39,295 nucleotides of DNA from contig CAZJQE010000002.1 of NCBI GenBank assembly GCA_964548505.1, positions 1 to 39,295 on the forward strand, written 5' to 3'. Below the pieces are notes generated by a model, which was given only the letters and a program-made list of their open reading frames with translations, made no database searches and was not told where the DNA came from. Of the stretch, positions 9,301-15,943 are shown piece after piece; the stretch's first letter is position 1; each line of letters begins with the position of its first letter. Position numbers and translations under genes: made by a program. The stretch comes from an uncultured Candidatus Saccharibacteria bacterium. Lineage in GTDB: Bacteria > Patescibacteriota > Minisyncoccia > Phycocordibacterales > UBA9973.

Positions 9301-12300
9301 TATAAACTTTAAGCAATGTTCCACTTTGAGTTGCTGTAATATAACGCCATGTATTATCTGTAAATGGAGTTGATGTAATACTAACCGAAGAACTCCCACC
9401 AATCCAAAAAGTAGTAGAATTACCTATTTGCCAAACATTAATATTGTTCCCAGTATTTGAACCAAGCAACACTGAACCGTTTGTATCAAGACCTGAAAGC
9501 TTAATCCATCCTGAAAACGTAGAATCAGTCGTTAAACCAGAAAATGCTGAAGAAATATTTATATAATCGTTTATTCCATCATAATTTTGTCCTTTATTTA
9601 TTTGTCCAGATATTTCGGCTGGTTCACCTACTGCTTTTTTTGTTCCTATTTTTTCATTTATAGTACTATCTAAAATAGTAGTACTGCTTGCATCTTGAGA
9701 ATGCCAAACACCTTGAAAATAATTATTTCCTCCATCATCCCAAACTTTTTGCGAACCGTAAGTAGAAGATGCTACTGGTTCAGTTGCCCCTCCATTTCCG
9801 TAATACATATAAATAATCGTGTCAGCGGAAGTAGAAAGTATCGGCACTTTTACCCAAGACACAAGTGCCCCTGATGAATACGATTCTATTTCTCGAGCAA
9901 GTTCTGTTGTCCCATTAAAAGATGTAAAACGAATATCTGTGCCAAGAGCATTTATATTTGAAAGTCCAGAGAGAGAAACTAAAACTGGAAAATTTGATTG
10001 TGAAATGTTTGGAACTTTTGTGTGATCAATCGTAATTTTTTTTCTATATGTCCAATTTGCGTTATACCAAGGAATTGATGGAGGAATAAATGCAACAGAG
10101 GCTTGGGTATTACCACGAGTCGCAACAGCATTTGTAGGTGCTCCTGGAACTGTTATCGGAATTGCTATCGCTGTACTACTAGCTGTTCCCTGTCCTGCAA
10201 TATTTACTGCGGAAACTCTAAAATCATAAGAAAGTCCATTTGTAAGTCCTGTTACAATACCAGTAGTATTTGTTGAAGTTCCATCTGCAAAAACTGCCCA
10301 TGTGCCACCTGTTGTAAGCTGATATTCAATAACATAATCTGCAATTGCACTTCCTCCATCAAAAGCTGGTGCACTCCAAAAAAGAGACGCTTGAGTATTC
10401 CCCGGAGTTGTTCCTAATGCAGTTGGTGCATTTGGCACGGTTCTAGGTGTCGCACTATTCGATGGTGCAGATGGAGAACTTGGTCCAACTACATTTGTGG
10501 CAGTTACAGTAAAAGTATATGATGTACCATTGGTCAATCCTGATACAACAATCGGTGAACCACTACCCGTGCCTGTGATACTTCCTGGACTTGAAGTTAC
10601 AGTATAACCCGTTATCGTACTTCCACCATTTGAAGCAGGCGGGGTAAAAGTTACAGAAACTTGCGCATTACCAGGAGTCGCAGTGCCTATTGTTGGTGCT
10701 CCTGGAATTGTCATTGGTGTTGCCACTGCTATCCCACTTACAGGACCCTGCCCCACAGCATTTATTGCAGAGACGCGAAAATTATAAGATAGGCCATTTG
10801 TGAGCCCTGTCACAACCCCAGTGGTAAGTGGAGATGTGCCATCCGCAAAAATTGACCAGACTGTCGGCTCACTAGCTAATTTATAGCCAAGAGCATAATC
10901 CGTAATCACCGAGCCATTATTCCCTGGCGCCGTCCACGATAGGCTCACCTGTGTATTTCCATAAGTTGCAACTAAATCTGTCGGAGCATTTGGCACCGAA
11001 GCAAAAATCCAATTTGTGTTTGTCCCAGTATCTGTAGTATTTATTCCAGCAAAAAAAGTATTAGTCTGCGTCGCCACAGACCTATTGAGCGTTAGCCAAT
11101 CCAGCGCAAAAACATTTGTTCCACTTGGTCGCGTGATCGTCCAAGTTCCTGTGCCTAAAACTGTATCTAAGTCGATTAAATTTCCTAGAGAACCTACCGC
11201 CACAATATTTGAAGACGGGCCCATGGTTATAGTTTTCCCGGTACCAACCCGTATTCTGTTTGGCGCAGCCATTGTAAATGTTCCATTCACTGTAAAATTA
11301 TTTGGAAGATTCCATTGAGCTGGAGCCGTAGTCTGACCAGAAAAATTTATATTATAAAAAGTAGTTCCTGCCATAGCCCCAAAACTTCTGGTAGTATTTG
11401 TACTATTGCCGGAAAATTCAAGAGTGGAAGTATTGCAATTAATTACCGTTCCGGAATTATTGGACCAAAGAGAACCGGCAGCAGTGACGGTTGTCTTCCA
11501 TATCCCTGATCCCATATTTATTGTTCCACTGGTTATCGAAAAATTATTAGCTGTTATGTTTTTATCATTAGCCGTAAATGTTCCAGCTGAATTTGTAAAA
11601 GTAGAAGCTAGAGTTAAATTATCTTGGAGAATATATGTTCCCCCTGAAGAATTTATAGCTACTCCATAAAATGTTTTTCCGGCCGATGTTATTGTCCAAC
11701 CACCAACAGGCATACCTGCTAATCTACCCTCAAGGGTTAAAATTTTATTTCCATTTGTCAAATTCATTCCAGATACCATAGTGAGTGATCCATACATCGT
11801 AAAATCATTTGCAAAACTCCATGTCGGCACATAAGTCGTTGTAGAACCTGTCCAATCAATGTTTGCCCCTGCTCTCGACACATCAAGTGATATTGTTGCG
11901 CTTGCTCCGAGTGAATGTGCATTTATGAAAACATTATCTTGTGGAAGCGGTGAGTCATCCGTCGCAATAGCATTTACTGGTGGGACTCCATCTGTCGTGT
12001 ACCAATTTGTAGCACCGGAAGTATTGCTCCATAATTTTGTTCCACTTGAAGATGTATACCAATACAAATTTCTTGAACTTGGGAAAATAATATTATTGTT
12101 TCCACCTGCATCTCCAGCTCCTCCTGGCACAGTCGTGTAAGACGACAAATCAAGTGAACTTCCAAATCCAACATCTCGAAAATCTACTCTCTGCATTGAA
12201 GTTGTCGCTCCTGAATTTAGAGTAAATGTTCTCCGCGTTCCTAAGGTACCCGACTGTACTAAAAATCTATATCTGTTATCTGCTCCACCTTTTAAAGTAA

Positions 12301-14617
12301 GCACCCCCGTAGAATCTATACTGATATTTTTATCAAAGAACAGATTCCCTGAAGTTGTAATCGTAGATTGATCAATCGTTAAATTATGAAAAGTTAAGGA
12401 ATAAGAATCAGTAGAATCTAGTATGCTAAAAATATTTCCTGTTCCTGAAAATTTTACTGTACCATTGTAAGCGATTGATTGAGATTCTGTTCCAAATTTA
12501 GCACTGTGGGTTATCGTTCCTCCTTGAAAATCTATTACCGTACTTGCATTAGTGGTAACAGTTAAGTTTGGATTTGTCAAAACAAAATAATAACCTGTTG
12601 ACGTTGAAATAAGATTTAAGGTAGTTCCAGAAAGATTTAAAATTCTTGTTTTATTCACATTACTTTGAAAAATTCCAAAATTATGAGTAAAAGATCCGCC
12701 AATTAAAGTACCCTCAGAAAAAAGGACAATCGCATTATTTCTAGTACTCACACCATCTCCAAGTGTAAAAGTTTGGGAAGTGCCATTAAAGGTTAGCGCT
12801 CCCATTGTATTTCCTACTGTCGTCAAGGTACCTGTTGCAAGCATTGTCAAATTTGCTGTATCACCACCGGCAGAGAATTTTCCAGAGGCAAGTGTCACAT
12901 TCCCGCTCACCGAAAGCTTCATCGCATTTGTGATAGTGAGCGTTCCCGCTGAACCTGTCATATTTAAAGTTTTTGCAACTGTTGTGGTTGTATCTACGGT
13001 CACATTTCCAGAATTTACATCGAATATCACATCATCCGTTGCCGTTGGAGCAGTAGTATCTGCAGGCCCTCCGGGTGAAGTACTCCATGTAGAATCTGCT
13101 GACCAATTGCCTCCTGTGCTACGCGCATACTTTACAGGCCCTGGGGTAGCAGATGCTGTCGCGCTTGCTGAGCCTTGTCCTGCGCCATTCACAGCACTGA
13201 CTCTAAAATTATACACAAGTCCATTTGTAAGGCCCGTCACTGTGGCTGTGGTAAGAGCAGAAACTCCATCAGCAAAAGTTGACCACACTGTGGGTTCTGA
13301 ATTCAATTTATAATCAACTACATAATCGGTAATCGGATCTCCGTTGTTTGCAGGTGCCGTCCACGATAAAAATATCTGAGTATTACCTTGCGCTCCTGCG
13401 AGTCCAGTCGGAGCATCAGGCTTATTAGCAAAAATCCAGTTAGTGTTTGTGCCAGTATCTGTGGTATGACTTGCATAAAAAGTATTCGTTTGAGTCGCAG
13501 CAGATCTATTTAATGTCAAATAATCAAGATCAAATTTCTGAGTTCCACTTGGTCTTGTGATTGTCCAAGTGCCTGTACCAGTCACTGTATCTATATCAAT
13601 AAGATTACCCGCACTTCCTGTAGCAACAATACCAGAAGCTGAACCCATTGAAATAATATTTCCACTCGTAATTTTTACTCTATTCGGAGCATTAATTGTA
13701 AAAGTGTTGGTAATGGTTGCACCTCCATCAATTTTATAATAACCAGCACCCGAACCAATACTAGCAAAAGAAAAATTGCGATAAGTATTTGCTCCGTTAA
13801 TTAAAGGAACTCCACTACTACTAGTCGTGAAAGTAACTGTCCCTAAATACGTAAGACCTCCTCCATAAAAACCTGGAGTATTATTACCAGAAATATTTAT
13901 TGTGGTACTTGAATTGGTTGAAAAAGTTAAATTTGTAGTATCAAACAAATACCATATTGCACCAGAAGCAGAAAGATTTGTAACATTTATTGTTGAATTG
14001 GAAATATTTAATGTTCTAGTGTTTGTGTTACTCGAAAGCAACCTGCCAAGATTATGAGTGTATGCTCCAGTAATGAGAGTACCAGCCGTTAAGTTTAAAT
14101 CATAAGTAGTTAAACTATCTCCGAGTGTAAAAGTTTGCCCACTCCCATTTAGTGTCAGTTTACCTAAAGTATTTCCCGTAGTGAGGATCGTCCCAGTCGA
14201 AAGCATTGCAAGTTCGGCTGTATTTCCTCCCGCTGTAAATTTTCCTGACGCAAGTGTTACATTTCCACTTACTGAAAGCTTCATTGAATTTGTGATAGTT
14301 AAAGTTCCTGATGAAGAATATGTCGCCATGTCGAGAGTTTTTGCTACAGCAGTCGTCGTATCTACTGTCACGTTTCCAGATGTACCATTGAAAATAACAT
14401 CATCTGATGCAGTTGGTGCAACTGTAGCATTTGCAGTTCCATTAGCATTTAATGTCCATGTTGCATCAGCACTCCAATTTCCACCCGTAGTTGTCGGATA
14501 CTTTGTCGCCGCAAAAGCGTGTGACGATGAATAGAAAAAAAATGCAAAAACAAAAACACCCAAGATCAAAATCTTTTTGAAAATTAAACTAATATTTTTG
14601 CCAAATATAAAAGGCAT
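6308..14617 (-). CDS. Giant cell-surface protein (~2770 aa): signal peptide, beta-solenoid-like modules, about 12 FN3 repeats, DUF2341-like plus LamG-like domain, P/T-rich stalk, C-terminal TM anchor
   Basis: Single uninterrupted ORF. The start is set at M25 (MPFIFGK...SSSHAFA signal peptide) because the upstream 72 nt are covered by an IR module and a TGgTATAAT box. FN3 signatures such as LSWTAP.NNG..ITDY...Y.FRVSAVN..G recur. The LamG-like block is NYDGINDYI...LLKVYINGNEV...IIDEVRVSN. The C-terminus is ILGALAILGGGIIIFIKRRRK. Confidence 0.85.
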   Translation of the reverse strand: MPFIFGKNISLIFKKILILGVFVFAFFFYSSSHAFAATKYPTTTGGNWSADATWTLNANGTANATVAPTASDDVIFNGTSGNVTVDTTTAVAKTLDMATYSSSGTLTITNSMKLSVSGNVTLASGKFTAGGNTAELAMLSTGTILTTGNTLGKLTLNGSGQTFTLGDSLTTYDLNLTAGTLITGAYTHNLGRLLSSNTNTRTLNISNSTINVTNLSASGAIWYLFDTTNLTFSTNSSTTINISGNNTPGFYGGGLTYLGTVTFTTSSSGVPLINGANTYRNFSFASIGSGAGYYKIDGGATITNTFTINAPNRVKITSGNIISMGSASGIVATGSAGNLIDIDTVTGTGTWTITRPSGTQKFDLDYLTLNRSAATQTNTFYASHTTDTGTNTNWIFANKPDAPTGLAGAQGNTQIFLSWTAPANNGDPITDYVVDYKLNSEPTVWSTFADGVSALTTATVTGLTNGLVYNFRVSAVNGAGQGSASATASATPGPVKYARSTGGNWSADSTWSTSPGGPADTTAPTATDDVIFDVNSGNVTVDTTTTVAKTLNMTGSAGTLTITNAMKLSVSGNVTLASGKFSAGGDTANLTMLATGTLTTVGNTMGALTFNGTSQTFTLGDGVSTRNNAIVLFSEGTLIGGSFTHNFGIFQSNVNKTRILNLSGTTLNLISTSTGYYFVLTNPNLTVTTNASTVIDFQGGTITHSAKFGTESQSIAYNGTVKFSGTGNIFSILDSTDSYSLTFHNLTIDQSTITTSGNLFFDKNISIDSTGVLTLKGGADNRYRFLVQSGTLGTRRTFTLNSGATTSMQRVDFRDVGFGSSLDLSSYTTVPGGAGDAGGNNNIIFPSSRNLYWYTSSSGTKLWSNTSGATNWYTTDGVPPVNAIATDDSPLPQDNVFINAHSLGASATISLDVSRAGANIDWTGSTTTYVPTWSFANDFTMYGSLTMVSGMNLTNGNKILTLEGRLAGMPVGGWTITSAGKTFYGVAINSSGGTYILQDNLTLASTFTNSAGTFTANDKNITANNFSITSGTINMGSGIWKTTVTAAGSLWSNNSGTVINCNTSTLEFSGNSTNTTRSFGAMAGTTFYNINFSGQTTAPAQWNLPNNFTVNGTFTMAAPNRIRVGTGKTITMGPSSNIVAVGSLGNLIDLDTVLGTGTWTITRPSGTNVFALDWLTLNRSVATQTNTFFAGINTTDTGTNTNWIFASVPNAPTDLVATYGNTQVSLSWTAPGNNGSVITDYALGYKLASEPTVWSIFADGTSPLTTGVVTGLTNGLSYNFRVSAINAVGQGPVSGIAVATPMTIPGAPTIGTATPGNAQVSVTFTPPASNGGSTITGYTVTSSPGSITGTGSGSPIVVSGLTNGTSYTFTVTATNVVGPSSPSAPSNSATPRTVPNAPTALGTTPGNTQASLFWSAPAFDGGSAIADYVIEYQLTTGGTWAVFADGTSTNTTGIVTGLTNGLSYDFRVSAVNIAGQGTASSTAIAIPITVPGAPTNAVATRGNTQASVAFIPPSIPWYNANWTYRKKITIDHTKVPNISQSNFPVLVSLSGLSNINALGTDIRFTSFNGTTELAREIESYSSGALVSWVKVPILSTSADTIIYMYYGNGGATEPVASSTYGSQKVWDDGGNNYFQGVWHSQDASSTTILDSTINEKIGTKKAVGEPAEISGQINKGQNYDGINDYINISSAFSGLTTDSTFSGWIKLSGLDTNGSVLLGSNTGNNINVWQIGNSTTFWIGGSSSVSITSTPFTDNTWRYITATQSGTLLKVYINGNEVGSANGAGMTWPTGTKNFTLGDWIGSSGTNWSTKGIIDEVRVSNTARSQDWIKTEYYNQNSPSTFYTVASEENISSPNPDNGGSPITSYTATSNPGSFTGVGSASPVIVSGLTNGTPYTFTVTATNLAGTGLASVPSNSVTPATVPDAPTLPIATAGNAQVSLSWTAPVNNGGSDVIDYVIEYKLSSSETWLVFGEPISPDLSRIVTGLTNGLSYNFRIKAVNDVGPGSASATASAMPVTVPDPPTAVSAIPGNAQATVSFIAPLFDGGSTINSYTVTSSPGNISNTGNASPILVTGLTNGVQYTFTVIATNAVGPSIASDPSLPVTPVTIPNAPTGVTAVPGNSQATISFISPAFDGGTPITSYTATSSPGSFTGTSSGSPIVVTGLTNGLSYTFTVVATNIVGPSLPSSSSNSVTLSTEPGQPINLASSVLGSSIGLSWSAPISDGGSAITDYVIEYQLTTGGTWAVFADGINTSTTATVVGLSNGTSYDFRVKAVNIIGQSVPSAIVSASPGEPAQVFIQGFSDTTVSSIGTNIKITNEGTISYEYQYTWCVTDSDTNLCGGGDDIFSSTAAKLLASHENWETTLNSTVLSPGNYYFHIKVFYGSSSSRADQSFTALATFPEAPTLPVATAGNAQASISFTLPTFDGGSVITGYTVSSNTGGITATGISSPIIVTGLTNGVSYFFTVTATNIMGTSPSSTPSNSIIPVTVPDSPTIISATAGSNQVTLEWTAPINDGGTPITDYVVEYKLITDATWLVFADGISTTTSAIVTGLTNNLTYDFRVSAVNLVGQSLINSINATLPANTQIETGTGRRGGGGYIPPVQPPATTEIPPTQIVPIEAPTKEVVKDATHSTGSTSSPQANSNKTKITKTPTKNIEGPTKTPPTSLGETQTPEIIPPTIIKKNEAQVTPIENPKVPIFPEMKIDPLIKKIILQVIAILGALAILGGGIIIFIKRRRKFNLYETGIPDTFEELLKEKNEKPKIKRKI

Positions 14618-14627
14618 TTGTGGGTTA

Positions 14628-14636
14628 ATTATACCA
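14628..14636 (-). promoter_or_regulatory. Extended -10 box TGgTATAAT for the giant gene
   Basis: The reverse complement of 14628-14636 is TGGTATAAT. It lies 10 nt upstream of ATG 14617 and directly abuts IR arm 14637-14653. Confidence 0.45.
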
Positions 14637-14709
14637 CCCCGTAGTGAATTTTTAAAACGTTTTTCAACGCAAATTTTAAAAATTTGCATTTTAAAAATCT
14701 ACTACAGGG
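14637..14709 (-). repeat. Asymmetric inverted-repeat module, copy 2
   Basis: On the + strand, CCCCGTAGTGAATTTTT (14637-14653) and AAAAATCTACTACAGGG (14693-14709) are separated by 39 nt. The arm sequences and the two-position asymmetry match copy 1. Confidence 0.7.
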
Positions 14710-14723
14710 TATCATCCATAATT

Positions 14724-14751
14724 TTGAAAAATTAGTTTAATTTGCTAGTAT
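14724..14751 (+). promoter_or_regulatory. tsaD promoter (leaderless type)
   Basis: TTGAAA (14724-14729), 16-nt spacer, TGc-TAGTAT (14746-14751), then exactly 6 nt before ATG 14758. Confidence 0.45.
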
Positions 14752-14757
14752 AAATGG

Positions 14758-15924
14758 ATGAAAATATTAAGTATTGAAACAAGTTGTGATGAAACTGGAG
14801 TAAGTATATTAGAGTGCACGGGAAGCCTAAAAAAGGCTTCGTTTAAAATAATTGCTAATAATTTAAATTCACAAATAAAAATCCATGCACCATATGGAGG
14901 AGTTTTCCCCGCTCTTGCAAAACGAGAACATCAGAAAAACCTACCAATATTACTTGAAAGAACCCTAAAAGATGCAAAATTAGAAAATAAAACTAAGCCC
15001 GTTGATCTAATTGTAGTAACATCAGGTCCAGGACTTGAACCTACCCTTTGGACAGGAATTGTCTTTGCCAAAGAACTTGCCAAAAAATGGAATATTCCAG
15101 TAATGCCCGTAAATCATATGGAAGGCCATATTGTTTCAGTATTTGGAAATAAAAAAAATAAATTTACAATTGATTTTAAAAAAATAAAATTCCCAATTCT
15201 TTCTTTACTTGTGTCGGGTGGACATACCGAACTTGTACTATCAAAAAAAATTCGTGATTATAAAATTATTGGTGAAACATTGGATGATGCAGCCGGTGAA
15301 GCATTCGACAAAGTTGCTCGCATGCTCGAACTCCCCTATCCAGGGGGCCCAGAAATTTCAAAATTAGCAGAAAGAAGCAGAACAAAAGAAAAACAATATT
15401 TTCGGGGTGTCTCAGAGGCCCTAGGGCCGAGAGGCAGCGCTGGTGTAGCAACACCAGACAGCGACCCCGAAAAAATTCGTTTTTCTTTTGTTCTGCCGCG
15501 CCCAATGCTTCATAGTAAAAATTTTGATTTTTCTTTTTCGGGCATAAAGACAGCAGTGCTGTATTTGATTCGTGATTTAAAAGAAAAAGATCCAAACATT
15601 TTGCAAAATGAAAATGTAAAAGAAGCCATTGCTCTGGAATTCGAAAATGCTGTTGTAGAAACTCTAATTTATAAAACAAAAAAGGCAGTTGATATGTATA
15701 ATGCTAAAACTATAATCGTGGCAGGCGGAGTTTCAGCAAATAAATTCTTAAAAGAGGAAATGAAAAAAGTTTTAAAAGAAAAAATAGTATTATTCCCTGA
15801 CATGAGTCTTGCTACAGATAATTCTATTATGATAGGAATGGCAGGATATATAAAATATTTAGAAAAAGGTGGTAAAATCCCAAAAAATCCTAAAATCAAG
15901 GCTGACGGTGGATTAAGACTATAA
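14758..15924 (+). CDS. tsaD: tRNA N6-adenosine threonylcarbamoyltransferase TsaD, with a ~30-aa insertion
   Basis: Motifs MKILSIETSCDETG, GPGLEPTLWTG, VNHMEGH, LLVSGGHTE, DDAAGEAFDK, PYPGGP, FDFSFSGIKT and AGGVSAN are present. The protein is 388 aa, against 337 aa for E. coli TsaD as I recall it. Confidence 0.9.
   Translation: MKILSIETSCDETGVSILECTGSLKKASFKIIANNLNSQIKIHAPYGGVFPALAKREHQKNLPILLERTLKDAKLENKTKPVDLIVVTSGPGLEPTLWTGIVFAKELAKKWNIPVMPVNHMEGHIVSVFGNKKNKFTIDFKKIKFPILSLLVSGGHTELVLSKKIRDYKIIGETLDDAAGEAFDKVARMLELPYPGGPEISKLAERSRTKEKQYFRGVSEALGPRGSAGVATPDSDPEKIRFSFVLPRPMLHSKNFDFSFSGIKTAVLYLIRDLKEKDPNILQNENVKEAIALEFENAVVETLIYKTKKAVDMYNAKTIIVAGGVSANKFLKEEMKKVLKEKIVLFPDMSLATDNSIMIGMAGYIKYLEKGGKIPKNPKIKADGGLRL
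15399..15473 (+). repeat. GC-rich imperfect palindromic element inserted in frame in tsaD
   Basis: The terminal arms TTTTCGGGGT (15399-15408) and ACCCCGAAAA (15464-15473) are complementary. Inside are the palindrome GGCCCTAGGGCC (15417-15428) and the hairpin CTGGTG-TAGCAA-CACCAG (15440-15457). By hand count 46 of 75 bases are G+C, in an AT-rich gene. Confidence 0.6.
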
Positions 15925-15943
15925 AAAATGCTAAAATAACCTT

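Noticed and set aside
6673-14534. Many + strand ORFs of 60-177 aa inside the giant gene, for example 12780-13313, 14181-14534 and 11016-11318.
   Set aside because: They are antisense shadow ORFs of a long repetitive gene. They have low-complexity V/P/S/F-rich translations and no promoter or start context.
14618-14689. The first 24 codons of the giant ORF (track start 14689).
   Set aside because: This stretch is occupied by the IR module arm and a TGgTATAAT box. M25 begins a proper signal peptide.
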